A stretch of 64,000 nucleotides of DNA from Alphaproteobacteria bacterium (GTDB taxonomy: Bacteria; Myxococcota_A; UBA796; UBA2385). Made by a program: the position numbers and the translations under genes. Location of the stretch: positions 136,492 to 200,491 of the forward strand of contig JACKEY010000006.1 in NCBI GenBank assembly GCA_020632755.1. The letters are read 5' to 3'. The notes beneath the pieces are model-generated. The model was not told the DNA's origin and did not search any database. It saw only the letters and a program-made list of their open reading frames with translations. Below are positions 40,064 through 49,250 of this stretch, in pieces (positions within the stretch are counted from its first letter, which is position 1; each line of letters begins with the position of its first letter).

Positions 40064-41218
40064 TCAGCCGAACTGCTTGGCCAGCTTGAGTCCCTGCATC
40101 TGGTAGTTGCTGCCGCTGCCGCCGTAGAGCACGTCGGGGTGCGCTTCGTTGCGCATGAACTCGACGCGGAACAGCGGCTGGCCGTGCTCGAGCAGGAAGG
40201 GCACGTCGTGGGTGCGGATCTCGAGCACCAGCAGGGCGCCCGGGCCGCCCTGGGGGTCGCCGTCGGCCCAGCCGAAGCCCGAGTCGATGAACCCGGCGTA
40301 GTGGGTGCGCAGCTCGCCCTTGGTCGCGTCGAAGGGGACCAGCTCGGCGCAGAGATCCGGCGGGATGCGCAGCCGCTCGCGCGTGGCGAAGATGTAGAAC
40401 TGCTCGGGCTCGAGCACGTGGCCGTGCTCGCCGGCCGGGGGCAGGGGCACCCAGTAGCGGCCGATCGGCAGGTTGCGGCGGGCCAGGTCGATGGGCGGCA
40501 TGTGGCGCCGGGCCATGTAGCCGACGGGGCCGCTGCCTCCGCCCTGGTGGTCGAGATCGACGGACAGCAGCACGCCGGGGGGGATCTCGTCGGCCACCGG
40601 CGCGGGCGAGCCGTCGGTCCACGAACACAGCGGCGTGTCGGCCTGGCGGGCCTCGAGCTCTTCGGCGCGCAGGCCGGGCTGGCCGGTCGCCAGCCGCAGC
40701 TGGGCCAGGCAGTCGCCGCGGCGCACGGCCACGTGGAAGCTCTGCGGCGTGATCTCCAGGAACAGCCGCCCGCGGTAGCCGTCGGGGATGGTGTCGAAGG
40801 CGAAGCCGTGCTCGGTCAACACCCGGACGAACACGTCCAGCCGGCCCGTGCTGCTCTTGGGGTTCGTGCGGCCGCGGACACCCGCCGGGAGCTCCAGCAC
40901 CTCCTCGAGCTCGGCCAGGTAGACGCCGCCGGCATGCAGCACCAGCGGCTCGTCGCGGTCGGCGCGGTACTGGGCCGTGGCCAGCCGGCCGAGCTTGCGC
41001 TCGAGGCCCTGGGCGCCCGGCAGGAAGGAACACTGCAGCTGCCAGACCCGTGCGCCCAGGCGCAGATCCAGGCTGCTGGGCTGCACCTGCTCGGGCCGGA
41101 CCGGCTGCAGGGCCTGGATGGCGCCGGCTGCGACCAGCCGCCGCAGGCTCTGGCTGACCAGGATGGCGTCGTCGACGGCGACGCCGCCGATGTCTTCGCT
41201 GTGCGGCACGGACGGCAT
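40064..41218 (-). CDS. dcd: 2'-deoxycytidine 5'-triphosphate deaminase, long (~380 aa, DCD/PF06559-type) form.
   Basis: ATG at 41218 verified. Only the C-terminal half of the 742-aa ORF in the track is real. Confidence 0.75.
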   Translation of the reverse strand: MPSVPHSEDIGGVAVDDAILVSQSLRRLVAAGAIQALQPVRPEQVQPSSLDLRLGARVWQLQCSFLPGAQGLERKLGRLATAQYRADRDEPLVLHAGGVYLAELEEVLELPAGVRGRTNPKSSTGRLDVFVRVLTEHGFAFDTIPDGYRGRLFLEITPQSFHVAVRRGDCLAQLRLATGQPGLRAEELEARQADTPLCSWTDGSPAPVADEIPPGVLLSVDLDHQGGGSGPVGYMARRHMPPIDLARRNLPIGRYWVPLPPAGEHGHVLEPEQFYIFATRERLRIPPDLCAELVPFDATKGELRTHYAGFIDSGFGWADGDPQGGPGALLVLEIRTHDVPFLLEHGQPLFRVEFMRNEAHPDVLYGGSGSNYQMQGLKLAKQFG

Positions 41219-41303
41219 GACAACCCCTGGGCCGGGGTCGCGTAGCACGATCCGGCGGGGCGGTCGTGCCGGTCGCGGAAGTCCCGGTACGATGCAGGCT
41301 CTC

Positions 41304-42341
41304 ATGAAGCAGCCCGACGCCTTCCCCGCTCCCGGGCCCCTGGTCGACCGCCTGCTGGGCGCGCCGCCGGGGTCGTGGAGCCACGCCGCGGTGGCCGCGG
41401 TGCCGGCGACGGCGGCGCTGCTGGTCGGGCCCTGGTGGGTCGCCGGCATCGTGCTGATCGGGACCACCGTGGCCGTCACGGCGCTGGCGAAGCGCTGGCC
41501 CCGGCTGCTGCTGCGGCAGGGCCGGGCCGAGCGGGCGGTCGCCGTGGCGCGCTGGCGCGGCAGCGGGCGCAAGCTGCAGGAGGTGCGGGCCGCCGCCGTC
41601 ATCGACGAGGCGATGGCCCTGTGCGCCCTGGGCCGCAGCGACGAAGCCGCTGCCCGGGCCCTGCACGTCATGGGCAGCATCGGCCGCGGCCTGGCCCAGC
41701 AGTCCCGCCGCCTGCAGCTGGGCGAGATGATGGCCCGCCACGGCTGCTGGCAGAGCTGCGCCGACATGCTCGCGTCACTGCCCGACGACGCCTGGTACGA
41801 CGGGCTGCGGCCGACCCGCGACGGCAACCTCGCCGCCGCGCTGATCGCCCTCGACGACCCCGAGCGCGCGGTCGACCTCCTCGACCCGCGCCGCCTCGCC
41901 CAGGCCGACGGCGCCGCCGCGGCCATGCTCGCCAACAACCGGGCCCTCGCCCTCCTCCTCCTCGACCCGGCGGACACCCGCCTCGACCTGGACGAGGTGC
42001 TCGCCCTGGCCCGCCGGGCCCGTGCCGGCCTGCCCTCCTCTCCCGTCACCGCCGCCACCCTGGGCGCCGCCCTGCTGCGCCACGACGAGCCCGCGGCGCT
42101 CGCCCTCCTCGAAGAGGCCCACGGCTTCCGCGAGGCCGGCGCCCTGTGGCAGGCCTGGGTGGCGCTGAACCTGGGCGCGGCGCTCATCCACGAGGGGCAG
42201 CTCGACGCCGCCCGCGGCCCGCTCGGCGAAGCGCTCGCGCAGGGCACGCCGCGGGTCCAGGACCAGGCGCGGGCCCTGCTGGACGGCGGCACCGCCCACG
42301 CCGTGCTGCGGTCCGGGACGACGCGGATCGGCGCGCCCTGA
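41304..42341 (+). CDS. Hypothetical membrane-anchored protein with TPR-like Ala/Leu-rich repeats.
   Basis: ATG at 41304. N-terminal hydrophobic segment AALLVGPWWVAGIVLIGTTVAV. Confidence 0.5.
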   Translation: MKQPDAFPAPGPLVDRLLGAPPGSWSHAAVAAVPATAALLVGPWWVAGIVLIGTTVAVTALAKRWPRLLLRQGRAERAVAVARWRGSGRKLQEVRAAAVIDEAMALCALGRSDEAAARALHVMGSIGRGLAQQSRRLQLGEMMARHGCWQSCADMLASLPDDAWYDGLRPTRDGNLAAALIALDDPERAVDLLDPRRLAQADGAAAAMLANNRALALLLLDPADTRLDLDEVLALARRARAGLPSSPVTAATLGAALLRHDEPAALALLEEAHGFREAGALWQAWVALNLGAALIHEGQLDAARGPLGEALAQGTPRVQDQARALLDGGTAHAVLRSGTTRIGAP

Positions 42342-42362
42342 CGGCGCTGCCCGCCGCCCGGG

Positions 42363-42812
42363 TCAGTCCAGCTTCATCTTGCGTGCCAGCGCCTCGACCT
42401 GGTCGGGGGGCAGGCCGGACTGCTCGAGCACGGCGCGCTGGCGGTCGGCATCGACGGCCCGGGCGCGGAAGCCGCAGTCGTCGAACAGCTCGGGCCAGGG
42501 CTGGTCGAGCAGGGCCCGGGGGTAGTCGCGGCAGATGCCGGGGCGGCTGCCGTAGCTGTCGCAGCGCCGGGTCGTGCGGTCGAAGTGGGTGCAGTCGAAG
42601 ACGAAGCTGCGGGTCTCGCGGTCGGCCCGGACCAGGGCGAAGCCGTTGACGGACCGCTGCCACCACAGCCAGGTGGCGCGCAGCCGCGGCAGGTACCACA
42701 GCACGCGGCCGACCTGGATCGTCGGGGCCTCGCAGCAGCGGGCGCAGGCGCGGCAGGCCCCCGCGAGCTGCCAGCGGCGGGGCTGGCGCAGGCGGCGACC
42801 GCCGCGGGCCAC
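42363..42812 (-). CDS. YkgJ-family zinc/iron-chelating Cys-cluster protein (UPF0153, CxxCxxCC).
   Basis: CRACARCCE cluster plus additional conserved Cys. Confidence 0.7.
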   Translation of the reverse strand: MARGGRRLRQPRRWQLAGACRACARCCEAPTIQVGRVLWYLPRLRATWLWWQRSVNGFALVRADRETRSFVFDCTHFDRTTRRCDSYGSRPGICRDYPRALLDQPWPELFDDCGFRARAVDADRQRAVLEQSGLPPDQVEALARKMKLD

Positions 42813-42968
42813 TGCCTGGTCGAAGGTCCACAGCCAGCGGGCGAGGGCCTTGATCGCGGTGCGGAGGGGGCCGTCGCGCAGGAGGGGCTCCGGGGGAGGG
42901 GAGGAGCGTAGCGCCGGCGAGGCGGGGGCTCGTGGTCCCGGGCCCCGCCGGGCGCCGTGCGGTGGCGG

Positions 42969-44936
42969 TCAGGCGACGGTCACCGACTTCGCCAGGTTGC
43001 GGGGGCGGTCGATGTCCCGGCCCAGGGCCAAGGCCGTGCCGCGGGCGAGCTGCTGCAGGGGCAGGACCTGCAGCAGGGGGGCGACCAGGGGGTCCGCGGC
43101 GGCGACGGGGAGGGAGATCGTCGCCAGCGCGGCGGCGTCGGCGTCGCCGGGGGCGTGCAGTACCACGGTGGGGGCGCCCCGGGTGCAGACCTCGGCGAGG
43201 CCGGTCAGGGCGGCGGCGCGGGTCTCGTCGTCCGGGACCAGGGCGACGACGGGGGTGCGCGCATCGAGCAGGGCCAGGGGGCCGTGCTTCAGGGCGCCGC
43301 CGGGCCAGGCCATCGCCGGCAGGTAGGCGAGCTCGAGCAGCTTGAGCGCGCCTTCGGCAGCGACGGGCGCCGACAGGCCGCGGCCGGTGAAGGCCACGGC
43401 CCGTGCGGTCGACAGCAGGGCGGCGGCGCCGGCGACGGGGGCGGCGCAGGCTTCGCGGGTGGCGGCCAGGGCGTCGGGCAGGTCCAGCAGGGCGCGGGCC
43501 AGGGCCGTGGCGCGGGCGGCCGGCAGACCCCGGCTGCGGCCGAGCTTCAGGGCCAGCAGGGTCAGCGCGACCACCTGGGCCGAGAAGGCCTTGGTGCTGG
43601 CGACCGACACCTCGGGGCCGGCCCGCAGGTAGACGCCGGCGCCGCAGCGACGCGCCAGGCTGGAGCCGACGGTGTTCACCAGGCCGAGCACCTCGTGACC
43701 GCGCAGCTCCAGCTCGCCGACCGCCTGCAGGGTGTCGAAGGTCTCGCCCGACTGCGACAGGGCCAGGACCAGCGCGTCGGGGTGCAGGCGCGGCGGGTGC
43801 AGGGCGAGCTCGCTGGCCTCGGCGGCGTGGGCGGGCAGGTCGGCCAGGCGAGCGAACAGCGCGGCGCCGACCCGGGCGGCGTGCAGCGAGGTGCCGCAGC
43901 CGACCAGCAGGGCCTCGGGCAGGGCGGCCATCCGGCGGGGCGGCAGGTCGATTCCGCCGAGCACGACGGTGCCGTCGGCGGCCAGCCGCCCGGCCAGGGC
44001 GCGGGCCAGCACCTCGGGCTGCTCGGCGATCTCGCGATCCATGTGGTCGTCGAAGGCGCCGAGCTCGACCTGGGCCAGCGGCGTGTCCAGGACCCGCACC
44101 TGCGGCCGTCGACGGGCGCCATCGAGGCGCGAGAACACGGCACCTTCGGGGCGCAGCAGGGCCAGGTCGCCGTCCTCGAGGAAGACCACCCGGCGGGTCC
44201 AGGGCAGCAGGGCCTGCGGGTCGCTGGCGACCAGGGTGCGGTCGTGCCGTGGATCGCCGCCCGGCGCGCGGCCGAGGCCCACGACCATCGGGGCGCCCAT
44301 GCGGGCGCAGACCAGGACGTCGGGGTGGTCGGCGAAGGCGAAGACCACGCCCCAGGTGCCGTGCAGGCCGGCGAGCGCGGCGCGGACGGCGTCCTCGGGG
44401 CCGGAGCCCGCGCGCTGGGCCCGGGCGACGAGCACGGCGAGCAGCTCGCTGTCGGTGTCCGAGGCCAGGGCCTCGCCCTCGGCCAGCAGCTGGCGGCGCA
44501 GGCGGGCGGCGTCCTCGAGCACGCCGTTGTGCACCACGGCCACGCGGCCGGCGGCGTCGACGTGGGGGTGGGCGTTGGCCTCGGTCACCGCGCCGTGGGT
44601 GGCCCAGCGGGTGTGGGCGATGCCGGCGGTGCCGTGCCCGGCGGGAGCGGCGTCGGGGAGGAGCACCGTGTCGGGGAGGAGCGCCGTGTCGGGGAGGAGC
44701 GCGGCGAGGCGCGAGACCGGACCGACGCTGCGGTGGCGCGACAGCACGTAGCGGGGCTGTGCGGATTCGTGGATTCCGGAGGCGGGGTCGGCGGCGCCGG
44801 GGGAGGGGAGGGCGGAGGCGGGGATCAGCACGGCGACGCCGGCGGAGTCGTAGCCGCGGTACTCGAGCCGGCGCAGGCCGTCGATGAGGAGGGGGAGGGC
44901 GGGGGCGCGTCCGGTGACGCCGACGATGCCGCACAT
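42969..44936 (-). CDS. glmS: Glutamine--fructose-6-phosphate aminotransferase GlmS (with an insertion).
   Basis: N-terminal MCGIVGV with Cys2 nucleophile. Two SIS domains. Confidence 0.9.
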   Translation of the reverse strand: MCGIVGVTGRAPALPLLIDGLRRLEYRGYDSAGVAVLIPASALPSPGAADPASGIHESAQPRYVLSRHRSVGPVSRLAALLPDTALLPDTVLLPDAAPAGHGTAGIAHTRWATHGAVTEANAHPHVDAAGRVAVVHNGVLEDAARLRRQLLAEGEALASDTDSELLAVLVARAQRAGSGPEDAVRAALAGLHGTWGVVFAFADHPDVLVCARMGAPMVVGLGRAPGGDPRHDRTLVASDPQALLPWTRRVVFLEDGDLALLRPEGAVFSRLDGARRRPQVRVLDTPLAQVELGAFDDHMDREIAEQPEVLARALAGRLAADGTVVLGGIDLPPRRMAALPEALLVGCGTSLHAARVGAALFARLADLPAHAAEASELALHPPRLHPDALVLALSQSGETFDTLQAVGELELRGHEVLGLVNTVGSSLARRCGAGVYLRAGPEVSVASTKAFSAQVVALTLLALKLGRSRGLPAARATALARALLDLPDALAATREACAAPVAGAAALLSTARAVAFTGRGLSAPVAAEGALKLLELAYLPAMAWPGGALKHGPLALLDARTPVVALVPDDETRAAALTGLAEVCTRGAPTVVLHAPGDADAAALATISLPVAAADPLVAPLLQVLPLQQLARGTALALGRDIDRPRNLAKSVTVA

Positions 44937-45085
44937 GGGGGCTCCGGGTGGGGGTGCAGCCCGGTGGAAGGCAAGGTCCGTGCCCGGTTCACGCCGGCCC
45001 CGTCACGTGCGGGAGGGGGGGGCGGCGTGGTAAGCAGGCAGGACGGTTCGCGACCGCCCGTTCTCCGGCTCCTTGGGAGGCTTCC

Positions 45086-46453
45086 GTGCCCGACTACTCG
45101 ACCCGCACCAGCGGCCCCACCACCTCGACCACCGGCTCCGGCGTCGACGGCGGCGGGCCCGAGCTCGACCCCCAGGCCCTCGTCGGCAACCAGGCCGTCG
45201 TCGACATCATCAAGGCCGAGAACCACTACACGGGCGAGCGGGCCTTCGACCCCAGCAAGACCGCCATCGTGCACATGGGCATGAACGGCTACGCCGCGGA
45301 CGAGGCGCGCCACCTCAACAGCCTCAACCGCGATCGCGGCGGCGCCATCGGCATCCGCCAGCGGGGCACCGCCCAGGACGAGGTCACCCACCTGGGCACC
45401 AAGTTCGACCTCACCCAGGTCGAAGACTGCGCCCGCTACGTGGCCACCCTGGGCCTGCCCGACCAGACCGCCGTCGACGTCGCCCAGGCGCTCAACCGCG
45501 ACGACTTCCACGAGGCCCGCGACGAGCTGGCCCAGCTGGTGCGCGTCCTGTCCGAGGCCGAGCTCGGCGCCCGCCGCATGGACCGGCTGGTCCTGTCCGG
45601 CCACAGCGTCGGCACCATGATCTGGGGCGACGACAACGGCAACATCCACTTCGACGACCTGGCCGAGCTGCTCCAGTACTTCCCCAAGGCCACCGGCCAG
45701 GTGACGCACCTGATGCTGTCGGCCTGCTACACGGGCGGCGAGCGCAAGCTGGCGCAGTACCACGCCATGTTCCCGAACCTGCAGAGCATCTGGGCCTACG
45801 ACGGCAGCTCGCCGGGCACCTGGTCGGGCGCCATGGACCACATGACCGCCTGGGAGTCGTCGACCGAACCCGGCAAGGACGCCAGCGGCGTCGACCCCAC
45901 GCTGGCCGCCGGCACCCGCAAGGCCGACAACGTCAGCACCTGGAACACCACCGACGGCTACCAGGGCGACCAGCCCATGAGCCTGTGGGACCTGCGCCGC
46001 CAGCTGGAAGACCAGGTCGACAGCGTCTACATGCCCCACCTCTCCGGCGAGCAGACCGTCACCGACAGCCAGAGCGGCCCGCTGCGCGAGTTCTACAACC
46101 TCGTCCAGCGCTACCTGTCGCACCCCGACGCCAGCGGCGGCGAGCTCGCCCGCTACCAGGGCATCCGCGACACCACCATCCGGCTGCTGTACTGGGGCCT
46201 GGTCACCCGCAAGTTCGCCGACGCCTACGGCACCCGCCTGACCGCCGGCTACGCCGCCGTCGAGCGCGCCCTGCCGGCCTTCGCCAGCATGAGCCGGCTC
46301 GACGCCGCGGCCGAGGTCGATGCGTTCTCGGCCGCCGCCGACGCCATGGCCATGACCGGCGATCGCGACGCCGCCGTCGACGACGTGCTCGACCTGCTCG
46401 AGCGTGGCCTGGTCGAGCTCGACGCCACCCTCGTGCCCACGCAGTGGCTCTGA
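45086..46453 (+). CDS. Cytoplasmic hypothetical protein with a GHSxG nucleophile-elbow-like motif (possible lipase/esterase-type hydrolase).
   Basis: GTG start 5 nt after a GGGAGG SD. RLVLSGHSVGT motif. No signal peptide. Confidence 0.5.
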   Translation: MPDYSTRTSGPTTSTTGSGVDGGGPELDPQALVGNQAVVDIIKAENHYTGERAFDPSKTAIVHMGMNGYAADEARHLNSLNRDRGGAIGIRQRGTAQDEVTHLGTKFDLTQVEDCARYVATLGLPDQTAVDVAQALNRDDFHEARDELAQLVRVLSEAELGARRMDRLVLSGHSVGTMIWGDDNGNIHFDDLAELLQYFPKATGQVTHLMLSACYTGGERKLAQYHAMFPNLQSIWAYDGSSPGTWSGAMDHMTAWESSTEPGKDASGVDPTLAAGTRKADNVSTWNTTDGYQGDQPMSLWDLRRQLEDQVDSVYMPHLSGEQTVTDSQSGPLREFYNLVQRYLSHPDASGGELARYQGIRDTTIRLLYWGLVTRKFADAYGTRLTAGYAAVERALPAFASMSRLDAAAEVDAFSAAADAMAMTGDRDAAVDDVLDLLERGLVELDATLVPTQWL

Positions 46454-47064
46454 GCCCAGCGCTGCTCCTGGCGTGTGCGGGCGCCCGCGCGCCGATGGTC
46501 ACGCCGCCGCCGACCACCGTCGAGGTGGCGGACGCCGAGGTCCTGGGACCCGACCCCGTCGCGGCGGAGCCGGTGCGGATCGTGCCGGTGGTGCGCGTGA
46601 ACGGCGAGGTCGTCCCCGAAGCGCCAGGGCCTGTCGCAACGCGCGGTGGGCGTCCCCGCGTCGAGGCGTGGGCCATGAATGTCGGGCCGCCCGGGCGACC
46701 CGAGTGCCTGTGGCCGGTCGAGGCCGACGGCAGCCCCTGCCGCAGCGTCAGCATGGGGCCGGTCGTGCTCGATGATGCCCAGGCCGCGCGGGTCGAGGCC
46801 TGGCTGGGCGACTCGGCGACCTTCGGCGAGCCGCTGAGCTCGTGCTTCATCCCGCACCACGGCATCACCTGGCGGGACGCCGACGGCGTGGTCACGCGCC
46901 AGGTCAGCGTCTGTGTGAGCTGCGAGAACCTGCGAGCCACCGACGCCGTGCCGGGGCTGCCGGCGGACCCCGGGCACCAGGGATTCAGCGCCCAGGGCCG
47001 CGTGGCTTTCGTCGGGTTGTGCGAGGAGCTCGGGCTGCCGGTGTGTGAGGGGGTCGAGTATTGA
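46444..47064 (+). CDS. Cys-rich lipoprotein, hypothetical.
   Basis: GTG start gives MALSPALLLACAG (lipobox). Overlaps the upstream gene by 10 nt. Nine Cys in the mature part. Confidence 0.5.
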   Translation: MALSPALLLACAGARAPMVTPPPTTVEVADAEVLGPDPVAAEPVRIVPVVRVNGEVVPEAPGPVATRGGRPRVEAWAMNVGPPGRPECLWPVEADGSPCRSVSMGPVVLDDAQAARVEAWLGDSATFGEPLSSCFIPHHGITWRDADGVVTRQVSVCVSCENLRATDAVPGLPADPGHQGFSAQGRVAFVGLCEELGLPVCEGVEY

Positions 47065-47076
47065 GGAGGGGGGGAG

Positions 47077-47493
47077 GTTCACGAGCGTGCAGCGATAGGT
47101 CATCGCTGCGGGTTCGTGAACGTCTGGCGGGGGGATCGGTTCACGAACGAGCAGCGATAAGCCATCGCTGCGGGTTCGTGAACGGCCGTTCTCTCTCCCG
47201 GTTCACGACCGTGCAGCGACAAGCCATCGCTGCGGGCTCGTGAACGCCCGACGTGGTGATCGGTTCACGACCGCGCAGCGACAAGCCATCGCTGCGGGCT
47301 CGTGAACGGCCGTTCTCTCTCCCGGTTCACGACCGTGCAGCGACAAGCCATCGCTGCGGGTTCGTGAACGCGTGGCGGGCGAATCGGTTCATGAGCCCGC
47401 AACGACAAGCCATCGCTGCAGGCTCGTGAACACCTGGCCGCTGGATCGGTTCACGAGCCCGCAACGACAAGCCATCGCTGCAGGCTCGTGAAC
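47077..47493. repeat. Array of 7 REP-like palindromic hairpin units (~45 bp; GTTCACGAnCGnGCAGCGAyAAGcCATCGCTGCrGGnTCGTGAAC) at a 62-bp period, separated by 16-17-bp linkers. Two linkers are identical, so a dimer unit is duplicated. BIME/REPIN-like.
   Basis: Direct reading. Each unit is an imperfect inverted repeat with ~19-bp arms and a ~7-nt loop. The array ends 65 bp from the stop of the RAYT-like gene. Confidence 0.85.
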
Positions 47494-47557
47494 GCCGCGG
47501 CCCCCCAGACCCCCTCCTCGCCGGTCCGTCCGCCCCGCCCCCGAGCCCCCCCAGCGA

Positions 47558-48430
47558 TCACCGCAGCCGCGGCTGGTACCCCACCTCGGTCCCATGCAGC
47601 CAATAGCGAAAGCTCCGTCGCGCGGAGCCGCATGACGCCCCCGGGCCCGGCGCGGGCGGGGAGTGCGCCCCCTCCGGTCGCTCCGCGAGCGCGCTCCGAA
47701 GCGTCCACTGGCCCTGGACTGCCGCGACCAGCGCCGCAGGCACCGGCTCGCGGCGCAGTCGCCACACGAACCCTCGGCTGATGCCGAGCGCGGCTGCGAG
47801 CTCGCTGGCGCCTGCTGCCTCGTCCCCCACCTGCACCGCCGCCCCGAGCCCGACCCTACCGACCTCGGTGCGCGGCGACAGCCCGCCCACCCCCAGGGCC
47901 GAGCACGCCGACTCCAGCAGGCAGTCGGCCCGCAGCGGTCCCGCGTCCGCCGCTGAGATCCCCAGCCGCTCCTCGAGCTGTGTCCGCGTGACGCGCGGCA
48001 GGTGCGCGCGAACGTGCGCGGCGGTCCAGCCGGCGTTGAGCCGCAGGCCGAGCAGGTCGGGCAGGCTGGTCCCCTCTCGCAAGGGGTCGGCGGCGATGCC
48101 GTGGTGCTCGGCCTGGCCGAGGACGTACCAGAACAGGTGGCGGAGGTGGCGCTGGTCGTGCACGGCCACGAGGCGGGCCCGCTCCAGCGGGGCCCGGCGA
48201 CCCAGGACCTGGTGCAGGCCGATGAGCACGCGCCGGGCGAGCTCCCCGGCGGCCTCGCGGTCGGTCACGACGGCGAGGTGGGCGTGGCTGTCGGCCACGC
48301 CGAAGGCCAGCAGCGGGAAGGGCCGGGCGCTGCGTCCTACGCTCGCCGCGAGGCGACGGGTGCAGGAGAGCAACGGGGTGAGCACGCGATCGTCTCGGTA
48401 GCGGACGATGATCTGCCAGGCGAGCGGCAT
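47558..48430 (-). CDS. REP-associated tyrosine transposase (RAYT) / IS200-like HUH-Y1 transposase-like protein with a C-terminal extension.
   Basis: HUH motif FGVADSHAHLAVV (cf. E. coli YafM FVVMPNHIHGIIV). Catalytic-Tyr region HLFWYVLGQAEHHG (cf. YafM WQRNYYEHII). GGAGG SD upstream of the ATG at 48430. Abuts the REP array. Confidence 0.6.
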   Translation of the reverse strand: MPLAWQIIVRYRDDRVLTPLLSCTRRLAASVGRSARPFPLLAFGVADSHAHLAVVTDREAAGELARRVLIGLHQVLGRRAPLERARLVAVHDQRHLRHLFWYVLGQAEHHGIAADPLREGTSLPDLLGLRLNAGWTAAHVRAHLPRVTRTQLEERLGISAADAGPLRADCLLESACSALGVGGLSPRTEVGRVGLGAAVQVGDEAAGASELAAALGISRGFVWRLRREPVPAALVAAVQGQWTLRSALAERPEGAHSPPAPGPGASCGSARRSFRYWLHGTEVGYQPRLR

Positions 48431-48592
48431 GGGACCTCCGGGTCGACCGCTGCTCTTCCACATTCCGTGCCGTGCCTGATCCCGAACACTTACCCCCCGC
48501 CCCCGCCGAATCCCCGGCACCCCCTGCCGAATCCCCGGCACCCCCCGCGCCCTCCCCATTGCGCATCTTCCGCAAATGAATAGGCTCAGTGA

Positions 48593-49237
48593 ATGAGCTC
48601 ACAACAATCCCGCGCCGCACGCAAGGCCGCCACCCGCGAGCGGCTGGTCGATGCCGCCTGGGCCCGCTTTCGCAGCGACGGCTACGACGCCACCACGCTC
48701 GCCGCGGTGGCCGCCGACGCCGGCGTCGCTGTCGGCACGGTCTGCCTGCACTTCCCCGACAAGCCGGCGCTGGTGGCGGGCGCCTTCCACACACATGTGC
48801 AGCGCGTGGTGGACGCGGCCTTCGCCTCACTGCCCGCTGCGCCGGTCGCCGACCAGCTGCTGCACGTCGCCGGTGCGCTGTACGACTGGTACGCCGACAA
48901 CCCGGCCGGGCTGGACTTCGTGCGCGAGAGCATGTTCGCCACGGGGGACGCCGAAGCGCTGCTGGCCCCGCAGGCGATGGCCTTCATGGAGCGGCTGGCC
49001 GGGTTGGTGGCAGACGGGGTGGACCGCGGCGAGCTGAAGGCCGAGACGCCGGTGGGGGTGATCGGCCAGGGCTTCTTCGCGGACTACCTGCTGGCGCTGG
49101 TCGGCGGGCTGAAGGGGCACCTGGGCCCGCCCGCGGCCTGGCGGGAAGCGCTGCGGGCCCTGACGGCTGCGCGGCTGCACGGCTTCGTGGTGGCGCGCCC
49201 GGTACCGACGTCGGACTGGGCGCCCGAGTGGGACTGA
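48593..49237 (+). CDS. TetR/AcrR-family transcriptional regulator.
   Basis: N-terminal HTH (TTLAAVAADAGVAVGTVCLHFPDKPALV). Confidence 0.85.
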   Translation: MSSQQSRAARKAATRERLVDAAWARFRSDGYDATTLAAVAADAGVAVGTVCLHFPDKPALVAGAFHTHVQRVVDAAFASLPAAPVADQLLHVAGALYDWYADNPAGLDFVRESMFATGDAEALLAPQAMAFMERLAGLVADGVDRGELKAETPVGVIGQGFFADYLLALVGGLKGHLGPPAAWREALRALTAARLHGFVVARPVPTSDWAPEWD

Positions 49238-49250
49238 CGCGGGAGGTCTC

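Noticed and set aside
47077-47493. Possible CRISPR array (regular ~62-bp periodicity of a conserved repeat).
   Set aside because: The repeats are 45-bp self-palindromes and the spacers are only 16-17 bp. Two of the spacers are identical. No cas genes are nearby. A HUH/Y1 RAYT-like gene abuts the array. REP/BIME-type repeats fit better.
47060-47600. Short ORFs (47061-47243, 47389-47595, 47451-47765, 47488-47781) across the hairpin array.
   Set aside because: They read through the tandem palindromic repeats in several frames, giving repeated peptides. This is a consequence of the repeat, not genes.
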